Below are positions 51,051 through 60,990 of a stretch of DNA of 64,000 nucleotides, piece after piece. Location of the stretch: positions 1,248,001 through 1,312,000 of the forward strand of contig CBDEGZ010000003.1 in the NCBI GenBank assembly GCA_965238175.1. Direction: 5' to 3'. The first letter of the stretch is position 1, and every line of letters begins with the position of its first letter. Source of the stretch: Gammaproteobacteria bacterium. GTDB taxonomy: Bacteria; Pseudomonadota; Gammaproteobacteria; CAJXQU01. Under the pieces are notes generated by a model. That model had not been told where the DNA came from. It worked only from the letters and a program-made list of their open reading frames with translations, and did no database searches. A program made the position numbers and the translations under genes.

Positions 51051-52909
51051 ATTTTGCGGATTATTCCTGGGTAACATTTTCATGGACTGAATTTCACTTC
51101 CTCAGACCTTGGTGGTTTTTAGTCTTAATTCCCCTGATTCTATTTGTCTGGAGAATGACGACGCATGTTTTAAATCCAAAGAATTGGACAGGTATTATCG
51201 ATGAAGCATTACTACCCTATGTTTTGGTTGATAGAGATGTTGGTTTAAGAAGTTGGCCGAAATGGTTGCTCGGTTTTGTTGGTTTGTTATCAATTACGGC
51301 GCTTGCAGGGCCAGTTTGGGAGCAGTTACCACAACCAGTTTATCGTAATGAATCAGCCTTAGTTATTGCACTTGATCTTTCGCGATCTATGGATGCGGCA
51401 GATCTAAAACCAAGTCGACTTACTCGAGCGCGATTCAAAATTGCTGATTTATTGAGGCAACGAAAAGAAGGACAAACAGCGCTCATAGCTTTTGCCAGTG
51501 AAGCTTACGCAGTTACGCCATTGACGGATGATACAGATACAATTTTGTCCCAAATGAAAGCCCTCACAACCGACATTATGCCGCAACAAGGTAGTCGCGT
51601 TGACAGAGCAATGTTAAAAGCGAATGAGTTGTTAAAGCAAGCAGGTGTTCGTTCTGGTGATATTTTATTGATCACCGATGCGGTGAATTCTGAAGAGGAT
51701 TTTACTGTTGCTGCTTATATAAAAAAATCTGGGCATCGTGTTTTTGTTTTTGGAATTGGAACAAAGGAAGGTGCTCCAATTCCTGATCGGAAAGGTGGTT
51801 TTTTTACAGATGATTCAGGGAATATTGTATTACCGGGTTTAGAAGAATCATCCTTACAAAGAATTGCTGAAAAAGGAAATGGGTTTTACCAGAGATATAC
51901 CGAAGATGATCAAGATGTGAATCGTTTGATACAACGTTTAGAAAAAATATCGGTTTCTAGTAAACAGGCAAAAACAGAAGTAGAAGAATCAGAATTAAAG
52001 TCTGATCAATGGATTGAACAAGGTCCCTGGTTGTTGTTATTAATTATACCCTTTGCGGCTTTGATTTTTCGTAAAGGATATTTATTGATTCTGGTTTTCT
52101 GTATGACCGGTTTTCCGACTACACAGGAGGCGATGGCAGAAGATGCGCCTGATCGAGATTTATGGAAACGTCCTGATCAAAAAGCCGAAGAGTTTTTTCA
52201 AGCAGGTGAAAATAAAAAAGCCGCTGAACTTTTTGAGGATAAAAAATGGAAGGGAAGTGCGCAATATAAAGCTGGTGAATATGAAGCTGCGTTAGAAAGC
52301 TGGCAAGATTTTGAAACGGCTGATGATTTATATAATAAAGGTAATGCCTTGGCGAAAATGGGCCAGCTTGAACAAGCGTTAGAGTCTTACAAAAAAGCCA
52401 TACAGCAACTGCCTAATTTTGAGAATGCACAATATAATTATGATCAGGTTAAAAAAGCATTAGAAGAACAGCAGAAACAACAAAAAGATCAAAATGGAGA
52501 TCAAGAGAGCGATCAAAAGAAAGAATCTGAAGAGGGTGGTGGTAGTGAAGAAGAAAAAGGTGAAAGCTCAGAACCAGAAAGCGACTCAGAAAAAGATCAA
52601 AAAGATTCGTCTGAGAATGAAAAAAATGATGAGGAATCTGATCAGAAAAAAGATCCCGGTGAGCAAGAGGGTGAACAATCAGGCCAAGATAAGTCTGGTG
52701 GACAACAGCAAGGTGACGATCAAACTAATAGCGATCTAGAACAAATGCAACAAGGTCAGGAAAATGACTCGATGGACAGTGAACAGCAGCAGGCGGCAGA
52801 AGCAGCTTTGAGAGCTATCCCGGATGATCCTGGTGGTTTGTTGCGCCGGAAATTCAAGTATCAATATCAGCAGCAAGAGGTTCAAAGCGAAGAGGCACAG
52901 CAATGGTGA
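51047..52909 (+). CDS. batB: BatB/C-type VWA + TPR protein with Q/E-rich tail
   Basis: ATG 51047 overlaps the batA stop; FHFLRPWW, DLSRSM, TPR YNKGNALA, IPDDPGGLLRRKF. Confidence 0.88.
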   Translation: MNFADYSWVTFSWTEFHFLRPWWFLVLIPLILFVWRMTTHVLNPKNWTGIIDEALLPYVLVDRDVGLRSWPKWLLGFVGLLSITALAGPVWEQLPQPVYRNESALVIALDLSRSMDAADLKPSRLTRARFKIADLLRQRKEGQTALIAFASEAYAVTPLTDDTDTILSQMKALTTDIMPQQGSRVDRAMLKANELLKQAGVRSGDILLITDAVNSEEDFTVAAYIKKSGHRVFVFGIGTKEGAPIPDRKGGFFTDDSGNIVLPGLEESSLQRIAEKGNGFYQRYTEDDQDVNRLIQRLEKISVSSKQAKTEVEESELKSDQWIEQGPWLLLLIIPFAALIFRKGYLLILVFCMTGFPTTQEAMAEDAPDRDLWKRPDQKAEEFFQAGENKKAAELFEDKKWKGSAQYKAGEYEAALESWQDFETADDLYNKGNALAKMGQLEQALESYKKAIQQLPNFENAQYNYDQVKKALEEQQKQQKDQNGDQESDQKKESEEGGGSEEEKGESSEPESDSEKDQKDSSENEKNDEESDQKKDPGEQEGEQSGQDKSGGQQQGDDQTNSDLEQMQQGQENDSMDSEQQQAAEAALRAIPDDPGGLLRRKFKYQYQQQEVQSEEAQQW

Positions 52910-54672
52910 GACGATTATATAAAACGATAGCAATCTTCCTGATGTTTGCAGGAATGTTCAGCGTTGTCCATGCAGCGAATATTAAACTGACAGTTGATCG
53001 CGATGTTGTTTCACTTAGCGATTCGGTGACATTATTTTTCCAAGCAACGGGTGCAGTTGATGATGATCCCGATCTTGCACCGTTAGAGAAAAATTTTACT
53101 ATCTTAGGCAAACAGCAACGTAGCAATCTTTCTATTATTAACGGTAAGCGCAGCAGTAGTAAGGAATGGCTGGTCGAGGTTGTTGCAAAACGGGAAGGTG
53201 AATTAATTATCCCTGCAATTAATTTTGGGAAAGACCAAAGCCCTGCTGCAAAAGTGGTTGTAACCAGTGAAGCTGTAGCGACGAATCAAGGCAAAGATGA
53301 TCAAGAAGTATTTATTGAAGTGGAGATTTCTTCTCAACAAACATGGGTACAGTCGCAGGTTATTTTTACGATCAAATTATTCCGCGCAGTGAATACATTT
53401 AATTCAAGTTTGTCTGAAGCAAAAATTAATGGTGGACAAGTTATTGTCGAAAAACTCGAAGATCGCCAGTTTGAGACATCTCGAAATAATAAGCGCTATG
53501 CGGTTTTACAACGACGCTACGCATTGTTTCCACAGGCAAGTGGCAAATTTACCATAGATCCTATTGTTTTTAGCGGTCAGATTAGCCAACGTTCTCGACA
53601 ACTTTTTGATGCATTTGGACGCAGCGGTCAGACTATAAAACGTTTTTCACGCGCGATTGAATTGGACATCAAGCCTGTTCCTAAAGCTTTTTCGGGTGAT
53701 ACCTGGTTGCCTGCCCAGAAATTAGAAATTAATGAAAAATGGATGAAGGACAACCTTGAACTTATCGCCGGTGAACCCGTTACCCGAGTAATAATTGTTA
53801 AGGCGAAAGGGTTGACCTCAGAGCAATTACCCGAAATTAATGTAAAAGATCTTGATGATTTTAAAATCTATCCCGACCAACCGGAATTACATAACCAGAC
53901 TAGCCGCGATGGTGTGCTAGGTATCCGTCAGGAAAAAAGTGCTGTCATTCCAAATACAGCGGGTGAGTATGTTCTACCCGCGATCAAGCTTCCATGGTGG
54001 AATACACAAACAGGTGAAATGGAACTGGCAGAGTTACCTGAACGTGTGATCAATGTACTTCCTGCAGAGAACCAAGTTGGGGAACAGGCGACAAATGCTG
54101 TAACACAAAACGCCACAACAAATGTTGAACAATCTGAACATAAAAATGAATTTGATCATCCTACGACAGAATCTTCAACTATAAGTATTGAAGAAACAGA
54201 TAGTTCATTGACGAATCGAGGATATTGGCCCTGGATTTCCTTATTTCTTGTAATAGGATGGCTGATAACGATATTCGTGTGGTGGAATCGCAGTCGTAGT
54301 ACTACTGCGTCGGATATTGAAATAGCTTCGCTGAATCGATCAAAAGGTTCTGATGCGACACCTCGTAGTATTCTTAGAACGCTTAGAGAAGCTGTCCATA
54401 GCAATGATTCTGTTGCCACTAAAAATGCAATTTTAATTTGGGCAGAAACAATCTGGAAAGAAAATACTCCCAAAAACCTGGCCGATCTTGCTGCTCTTTG
54501 TGAACAGCCGCTTTCTGATCAATTAATGTTACTGAGTCGTCACATATATGGTGGTGGCGAACAGAATTGGGATGGAGAACAACTGTTAATTGCTATCGAG
54601 AATTTTGCTGGATCAAAACAGCAATCCTCTTCAAACGATCAAATTCAACTACAACCACTACACAATATTTAA
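52903..54672 (+). CDS. batD: BatD family protein
   Basis: Signal peptide, VDR, Y.LFP...G, WLPA, GEP.TR, YPD.P, LP.I..PWWN, C-terminal TM. Confidence 0.88.
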   Translation: MVRRLYKTIAIFLMFAGMFSVVHAANIKLTVDRDVVSLSDSVTLFFQATGAVDDDPDLAPLEKNFTILGKQQRSNLSIINGKRSSSKEWLVEVVAKREGELIIPAINFGKDQSPAAKVVVTSEAVATNQGKDDQEVFIEVEISSQQTWVQSQVIFTIKLFRAVNTFNSSLSEAKINGGQVIVEKLEDRQFETSRNNKRYAVLQRRYALFPQASGKFTIDPIVFSGQISQRSRQLFDAFGRSGQTIKRFSRAIELDIKPVPKAFSGDTWLPAQKLEINEKWMKDNLELIAGEPVTRVIIVKAKGLTSEQLPEINVKDLDDFKIYPDQPELHNQTSRDGVLGIRQEKSAVIPNTAGEYVLPAIKLPWWNTQTGEMELAELPERVINVLPAENQVGEQATNAVTQNATTNVEQSEHKNEFDHPTTESSTISIEETDSSLTNRGYWPWISLFLVIGWLITIFVWWNRSRSTTASDIEIASLNRSKGSDATPRSILRTLREAVHSNDSVATKNAILIWAETIWKENTPKNLADLAALCEQPLSDQLMLLSRHIYGGGEQNWDGEQLLIAIENFAGSKQQSSSNDQIQLQPLHNI

Positions 54673-54753
54673 GGTTTAAAGGGCAGTGAACGACATATAC
54701 TGACGATAGTGTTGTAGACTAGAACTGTGTATTTAAACAGCTGGTGAGTACCG

Positions 54754-54942
54754 ATGAGTAAATGTAATTTTAGTTTTATAGCGTTGTTGTATTTGATCGC
54801 TTTATCGGGTTGTCAGTCGATTCCGGCAACAGAAAAAGCGGACATTGATAGCGACGTTTGTGTTGGTGATCCTGTTGTTGTGGATGATCCTGATAATTCG
54901 GTTGATTTGGAAGAAATGGCGAAACAGGCGGATTGTCCTTAA
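54754..54942 (+). CDS. Small lipoprotein
   Basis: Lipobox ALSGC; RBS GGTGAG. Confidence 0.55.
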   Translation: MSKCNFSFIALLYLIALSGCQSIPATEKADIDSDVCVGDPVVVDDPDNSVDLEEMAKQADCP

Positions 54943-55030
54943 GGATTGATCTTGAATAAACAATTGGCATTGTTTAACCATGTTTTTCGGGCCCATGTTA
55001 TATAAAACTATGTATTGCTTTTTTACTATT

Positions 55031-55601
55031 TTAGGTACTTGATTTTGATCGTCTGATCCCAACTAGTCCCAAAACTGCTGAACCGAACAACCAAATTGCT
55101 GCGGGGACGGGGACTGCTGATGGTGCAATATCAACTGATAGGGCTGATAGGCCACTCACACCATTCGTTGTATTATTACCATTATCTGTACCACCCTTCG
55201 TTAAATCATAAGTGAAGTTGTAGATGGTATTTTCAGTCAATGTTAGTGCCTGTGATACTGAAGATGTCTCCTGCGATGGTTTCATTCCCTGCTGAGTAAC
55301 CCAGCAACTGGGCATCTCCACCAGTAACAACAAGGTTAAAAGAAGTCAGGTTGAATTGGCTATTCGCATTGCCCGTTGTTCTGGCGCCAAAAAGTAGCTG
55401 ACCACTTTCAAAACGAAAAAAGTTGGAAGTACTCGGTGCTGAAAGTGTGTATGTAATCCCTGAATCCGAAAATGATAGTACTGGATCCCCTACAGTATAA
55501 TTACCGTCAGTAACGCCTGAAAAATCAAATAAAATTGCATTTGCTGAAAAAGAGATTACAAATAGCATTGGAGTTATGAAAATTTTCATTAGTTTGTACA
55601 T
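55031..55601 (-). pseudogene. VPLPA-CTERM (PEP-CTERM-like) surface protein split by a frameshift
   Basis: Signal peptide SANA-I in 55233-55601; VPVPAAIWLFGSAVLGLVGIRR sorting signal in the other frame; shift near 55240. Confidence 0.8.
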
Positions 55602-55693
55602 TGTTTGATATCTCCTTGTTAAGATTTTCTGAAATTTATAAATGATCTTAAATCACTTCTAAAGCCTGTTATATTTTCTTCGTATATTATACA

Positions 55694-55709
55694 AGCAATT
55701 ATTATGCCA
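55694..55709 (-). promoter_or_regulatory. Sigma-54 promoter
   Basis: Minus strand TGGCAT-AATAA-TTGCT (-24/-12), ~90 bp upstream of the VPLPA-CTERM gene. Confidence 0.75.
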
Positions 55710-55873
55710 TTCATGTTAATTGTATGTAAATCAATAGCATGCATATTTTCTGTTGGTTTTTTACTCTGAAAAAGGCTAAATTATGCTACCTTTCAACGAC
55801 ACTTTTTTTATTTTTTGTTGCGAAAATAAATATAACTATTTGATAAATAAAGTAATATTTAGAATTTGAAGAT

Positions 55874-56875
55874 TTAGCTTTCTTGTCTCGGTTCTCTTGA
55901 AAGTAATGTTTCTACCGCTTCTCTTGGGGTGCACTTACCTTTTAGTAAACGGGTAACCTGGTTTGTGATGGGCATTTCAATATGATTCTTTTTCGCAAGC
56001 TCTGCAACTTCATTAGCGGTTCTAGCACCTTCGACGACTTGCCCAATCGCGTCGACTGCTTCTTCAATAGATTTGCCTTCAGCTAACAATAATCCAAAGC
56101 GGCGATTTCGTGATTGGTTATCGGTGCAGGTCAGAACGAGATCACCAAATCCTGCAAGACCCATAAAGGTTTCTGGCTGACCACCCATTGAGACACCTAA
56201 CCTTGTCATTTCAGCCAGGCCACGTGTTATAAGGGCTGCACGGGTATTTGCGCCAAAGCCAAGGCCATCTGTAATGCCTGCGGCAATCGCCATCACGTTT
56301 TTTACCGCACCACCAATCTCAACCCCGATCAGATCCTGGCTTGCATAGGCGCGAAAGGATTTACGATGAAAGCGGTTGATCAAATCATCAAGAAATTTCT
56401 GATTTTTCGAAGCAATGGTAACTGCTGTGGGGAGATTTGATCCAACTTCTGCGGCAAAACTGGGGCCCGATAAAACGGCGATCGGTACATCTTTCCCAAG
56501 GATTTCTTCAATGATTTCATGCACCAGCATTTGAGTTTCTGGTTCAATTCCTTTACATGCCCAAACAATTCTTTTGTCGTTAACTGACGACAGATCTACA
56601 ATTTTTTTAAGGAAAGGTCTAAGTGCTTTGCAAGGCAGGCCGATCAAAATATCCTTAGTATCTTGCAGATAGGGATCTATATTGACAACGGGGGTTAAAT
56701 CAGTGGGGAAGACTACATCCGGAAGGTATCGATTATTTTTGTGATCATCGATCAACTCTTTCATGTGGGTAGCATCACGCCCCCAGAGGAATGTGGTTTG
56801 ATCATTTCGTGCCGATGCAATAGCGAGTGCGGTTCCCCACGAACCGGCACCGGCGACCAAGATTGGCTCAGACAT
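55874..56875 (-). CDS. gpsA: NAD(P)H-dependent glycerol-3-phosphate dehydrogenase
   Basis: GAGSWGTALA, KGIE, SGPSFA, GGAVKNVMAIAAG, GDLVLTCTDNQSRNRRFG. Confidence 0.97.
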   Translation of the reverse strand: MSEPILVAGAGSWGTALAIASARNDQTTFLWGRDATHMKELIDDHKNNRYLPDVVFPTDLTPVVNIDPYLQDTKDILIGLPCKALRPFLKKIVDLSSVNDKRIVWACKGIEPETQMLVHEIIEEILGKDVPIAVLSGPSFAAEVGSNLPTAVTIASKNQKFLDDLINRFHRKSFRAYASQDLIGVEIGGAVKNVMAIAAGITDGLGFGANTRAALITRGLAEMTRLGVSMGGQPETFMGLAGFGDLVLTCTDNQSRNRRFGLLLAEGKSIEEAVDAIGQVVEGARTANEVAELAKKNHIEMPITNQVTRLLKGKCTPREAVETLLSREPRQES

Positions 56876-57328
56876 TTACTGAATATTTTGTTGTCGACGA
56901 GCTAATTCTTGCTGGTAGACAGCATCAAAATTAACCGGGTTAAGCAATAGTGGCGGGAAGCCGCCACGGATAACTAGATCAGAAACTGTTTCTCTAGCAT
57001 AAGGGAACAGGATGTTAGGGCAAGCGGTGGCTGCAACTTGTGCTAATTGTTCTTCTGTAAATCCGTCAAGTAGGAAGATACCGGCTTGTTTAACTTCTAC
57101 AAGATAGACTGTTTTTTCTTCGAGTTTGACGGTAACCGTAATTGTCAAAGTGATTTCATGCATGCCTTTTTCTAAATTCTTAGATTCATTGTGCATTTGT
57201 AAATCGACTTGTGGTTGAGCTTGTTCCATGAAGATTTCTGGCGTATTTGGAGCTTCAAAAGACAGATCTTTCACATAGATTTTTTGCATTGCCAGTTGTG
57301 GTCCCTGGGATTGTTTTTCATCGACCAT
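56876..57328 (-). CDS. secB: Protein-export chaperone SecB
   Basis: QKIYVKDLSFEAP, EV.QAGIF, CPNILFPYARE, GGFPPL.L.PVNF. Confidence 0.97.
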   Translation of the reverse strand: MVDEKQSQGPQLAMQKIYVKDLSFEAPNTPEIFMEQAQPQVDLQMHNESKNLEKGMHEITLTITVTVKLEEKTVYLVEVKQAGIFLLDGFTEEQLAQVAATACPNILFPYARETVSDLVIRGGFPPLLLNPVNFDAVYQQELARRQQNIQ

Positions 57329-57441
57329 AATTTAGTTTTCCTTGTTATTTCGTATTTTTTATTTACTTAACCGAGATTATCTTACCGGGTTTAACATCCT
57401 CCAAAGGATTTTAGTCTAATAAATTCAGGATATTTATGCGA

Positions 57442-57864
57442 TCATGTTGCCAGTGGTAAGCTTGCGTGTTTCCAGTTATCTATACCGCCTTTTAAACGGT
57501 ACAGATTTTCGAAACCCATTTTTTTAAGACTCGCAATAGCGACATTAGTCGCGGTGCCCGTTTTACAGCATATGATAATGGGTCGATCACGGAGCTTTTC
57601 TAACTCAGCAGTTCGAATTTCGAACTCTGAGTAGGGAATATTTGAGGCATTAAGAATATGGCCTTCCGAGAATTCATCTGAAGATCGGATATCAACAACG
57701 ACGGCGTTTTCGCGATTTAATAAGCGGGTTGCTTCAGATGGATCGACGGAGCTTGCACCTTGTGCAACATCGTCAAGCAAGTTTTTAATCAACAAGGTTA
57801 AGATGACAACAAAGAGTACTGAAAGTACCATATGGTTTGTCACAAATTCAGAGAATTGTTCCAT
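57442..57864 (-). CDS. yibN: Rhodanese-like membrane protein (YibN)
   Basis: MEQ..EF..NH TM; VVDIR...F..GHI; L.GGI..W; upstream of secB. Confidence 0.85.
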   Translation of the reverse strand: MEQFSEFVTNHMVLSVLFVVILTLLIKNLLDDVAQGASSVDPSEATRLLNRENAVVVDIRSSDEFSEGHILNASNIPYSEFEIRTAELEKLRDRPIIICCKTGTATNVAIASLKKMGFENLYRLKGGIDNWKHASLPLAT

Positions 57865-58034
57865 TAATGTAATATTCCTTTGGAAAAATTTAAATTTATT
57901 TTTGAACGAGCAGCGTGATATTGACTCGGATATACTAAAAATAGCAAATGCCCAAGCGCCAAACACGTAAGCCCTACATGATACACTAGAGACAGTGCCT
58001 AATTATATAACGAGTTCATTTTTAATTTAACTGC

Positions 58035-59657
58035 ATGCAGATCAAAAACAGGCCTATTATTCTCATAATTATGGACGGATGGGGTTATAGTGAATCGACC
58101 ACCTATAACGCCGTTCATAGTGCTAATAAACCAGCTTGGGATGACTTTTGGTCCATCTATCCACATATGCTTTTGCGATGTTCTGGTGTTGACGTTGGGC
58201 TACCCGAAGGGCAAATGGGTAACTCAGAAGTGGGTCATATGCATATGGGGGCAGGTCGGATTATTGAGCAGGACTTTACCCGGATCAAAAACGCGATCGA
58301 AGATGAAAGTTTTTTTGAAAATGAAACGCTGATCAAAACTTTCGATCAACTCAAAAAAGATGGCAAGGCACTGCATCTGCTTGGTCTACTATCATCCGGT
58401 GGTGTTCATAGTCATGAAGATCATATTCTAGCGATGATCGAACTTGCGGCTTCGCGTGGTCTGGAAAAGATCTATCTACATGGTTTTCTTGATGGGCGTG
58501 ATACTGCACCTAAAAGTGCGGCTGATTCTATACGTCTCGTCCACACAAAATTCACTGAGCTGGGAGTCGGGCGCATCGCTTCTTTAGTGGGCCGTTCTTT
58601 CGCAATGGATCGGAATAACAATTGGGATAAAACAAAAATTGCCTATGAGCTAATTGTAGATGGTGAATCGGAGTATATAAGTGCTGATCCTTTTATCGCA
58701 CTTGATATGGCGTATGAGCGTGGTGAAACTGATGAGTTTGTCGAAGCGACTGCTATTATTCCAAGACGTAGCAAACTGGCTCGAGTTGAAAACGGTGATG
58801 CCGTTGTCTATCTTAATTATCGTGCTGATCGCGCAAGACAATTGACAAGGCCTTTTATCGATAAAAAATTCAAATTTTTTGAGCGGCAACGACAACCGCA
58901 ACTATCTTCATTTGTTTCATTAACGCAGTACAGCGCGGATTTTGATATCCCAGCTGCATTTCCACCACACGAGCTGAAAAATAGTTTCGGAGAATATATT
59001 TCCGAACTTGGGTTAAGACAATTGCGTATCGCTGAAACGGAAAAATACGCACACGTCACTTTCTTTTTTAATGGTGGTGAAGAGCGAGTTTATGAAGGTG
59101 AAGATCGTGTCCTAGTTCCTTCGCCTCATGTTGCAACCTATGATGAGAAACCGGAGATGAGCGCTCAAGCAGTGACTGATCGAATGGTTGAGGCGATTTA
59201 TGGGCTCAAATATGACGCGATTATTTGTAATTTTGCTAACTCAGATATGGTAGGTCATACCGGTAATTTTGAGGCTGCAGTAAAAGCAGTTGAAACAGTG
59301 GATTCTTGTATTGATCGCGTAGTAGCTGCTGCACAGTCTATTGGTGGTGAGATTTTGATCACAGCCGATCATGGTAATGCCGAACAGATGCGTAGCGTTG
59401 CGACTAAAATGGATCGCGGGATCCCGTATACCTCACATACGACGAATGTTGTACCTTTGGTTTATATAGGTCGTCCCGCCTCAATGATAAACTCAGGTTC
59501 TTTAACTGATTTGACTCCAACGATGTTGTATTTAATGGGCATTGATATTCCATCAGAAATGACAGGGACACCGTTGGTAAAACTTGAATCGGACTCAGAT
59601 TCACAGATGAAAGAATCAGGTGTGAAACGTGGTCGTTTAGCCAGGTTGATGAGATAA
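58035..59657 (+). CDS. gpmI: 2,3-bisphosphoglycerate-independent phosphoglycerate mutase
   Basis: MDGWG, GQMGNSEVGH, GGVHSH, AETEKYAHVTFFFNGG, DMVGHTG, TADHGNAE. Confidence 0.97.
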   Translation: MQIKNRPIILIIMDGWGYSESTTYNAVHSANKPAWDDFWSIYPHMLLRCSGVDVGLPEGQMGNSEVGHMHMGAGRIIEQDFTRIKNAIEDESFFENETLIKTFDQLKKDGKALHLLGLLSSGGVHSHEDHILAMIELAASRGLEKIYLHGFLDGRDTAPKSAADSIRLVHTKFTELGVGRIASLVGRSFAMDRNNNWDKTKIAYELIVDGESEYISADPFIALDMAYERGETDEFVEATAIIPRRSKLARVENGDAVVYLNYRADRARQLTRPFIDKKFKFFERQRQPQLSSFVSLTQYSADFDIPAAFPPHELKNSFGEYISELGLRQLRIAETEKYAHVTFFFNGGEERVYEGEDRVLVPSPHVATYDEKPEMSAQAVTDRMVEAIYGLKYDAIICNFANSDMVGHTGNFEAAVKAVETVDSCIDRVVAAAQSIGGEILITADHGNAEQMRSVATKMDRGIPYTSHTTNVVPLVYIGRPASMINSGSLTDLTPTMLYLMGIDIPSEMTGTPLVKLESDSDSQMKESGVKRGRLARLMR

Positions 59658-59758
59658 ATTAATAAACCCGATCGATTTAGTCGCTCTGTTAAACTGCTTT
59701 GGCAAATCTATAGATGAAGGATCGGTTATACTTAAAACTCTAATAATTAATAGTATTT

Positions 59759-60973
59759 ATGAAAATTTCCCAAATAAAAGAAAGTTCTTTTCAAAAAGGG
59801 TTAGCTGTACTCTTTTCTGTAGTAATTTTTATGCCATTAGCTCTTACGCCATTAGTTCAGGCAGAGCCAATAGCTGAACCTTCTGTAAAAGCGAAAAAAA
59901 GCACCGCTGAATTAGAGGCTTTGCTTGAACAAATTCAAAAGATTAAAAAAGAAATTGATCAGGGGCGTAGTCAGTCAAGCGAGTTGAGAAAACAACTCGA
60001 AAAAAGTGAGGTTGAGATCGAAAAGGCGATTAAGGCTAACAAGGAACTGGATGAACAGATCCGAAAAAAAAATGAAGCTTTAGAAGCACTGGAAAAAGAA
60101 CAAGAAGTTAAAGTCGATATTTTTAATCAACACAAGGTTTTTTTGAGTGAGCAGATACGTGTTGCGTATATAAATCAAAATCAGAGTGTGATGAAACTGG
60201 TTCTAAATAATGAGGATCCAGCAATACGAAGTAGAAACCAGGTTTACCATCAGTATTTTTCAAAGGCAGGATCAGAAAAGATTGAACAGATCGGTAAGCA
60301 ACTCGAAGAGATTGAAAATTTAAAAAAGATAGCTGCCTATGAGACAGAGCAGTTGCGTATTTTAAAAGTATCTCAGCAACAAAGTCTGCAAGCAGTTGAA
60401 CAGAAAAAACAACAGCGAGAATTGATTATAGCCAACCTGGATACAGAACTTTCTGGTAAGGATGCAAGATTAAATCGAATGAAACAGGATAGTGCTAATT
60501 TAAGTGAACTGATCGTATCACTTAATAAAGCAGCCAGATTAGTAAAGCTGGAAAAATTGAAACTTAGTCGGTCATTTTCCAACTTGAAAGGAAAGTTAAA
60601 ATGGCCATCTTCTGGAGCGATTGCTCATCGTTATGGAACCTCTCGTAACGGAAGCTCTCTAAACTGGAAGGGAATGCTGATCAATTCACCCTTTGGCTCA
60701 GATGTAAGAGTGATTAGCAACGGGCAAGTTATCTTTTCGGGATGGTTCCAAAATCTCGGTAAATTGATCATTGTAGATCACGGCCAGAATTATATGAGTT
60801 TGTATGGTCATAATAGTGAACTGTTCAGATCGGTAGGTGATAAAGTGAAAACTGGCGAACTTATTGCAAGTGTTGGAGACAGTGGTGGCCGAAAAAACAG
60901 TGGTTTGTATTTCGAAATACGTCAAAAAGGCATCGCTGTGAATCCGTCCATATGGTGTAAAAGGCCAATTTAA
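59759..60973 (+). CDS. envC: Murein hydrolase activator EnvC
   Basis: Long coiled coil plus degenerate M23 domain (WKG, IVDHG..YMSLYGH, LYFEIR); follows gpmI. Confidence 0.9.
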   Translation: MKISQIKESSFQKGLAVLFSVVIFMPLALTPLVQAEPIAEPSVKAKKSTAELEALLEQIQKIKKEIDQGRSQSSELRKQLEKSEVEIEKAIKANKELDEQIRKKNEALEALEKEQEVKVDIFNQHKVFLSEQIRVAYINQNQSVMKLVLNNEDPAIRSRNQVYHQYFSKAGSEKIEQIGKQLEEIENLKKIAAYETEQLRILKVSQQQSLQAVEQKKQQRELIIANLDTELSGKDARLNRMKQDSANLSELIVSLNKAARLVKLEKLKLSRSFSNLKGKLKWPSSGAIAHRYGTSRNGSSLNWKGMLINSPFGSDVRVISNGQVIFSGWFQNLGKLIIVDHGQNYMSLYGHNSELFRSVGDKVKTGELIASVGDSGGRKNSGLYFEIRQKGIAVNPSIWCKRPI

Positions 60974-60990
60974 ACAAGCATCTTCTTGAG

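Noticed and set aside
52470-52800. Low-complexity Q/E/S/D/K-rich coding stretch
   Set aside because: Normal linker of BatB/C proteins
57329-57441. grxC absent between the rhodanese gene and secB
   Set aside because: Common lineage variation; no remnant visible
60600-60973. M23 peptidase lacking zinc ligands
   Set aside because: Expected for EnvC
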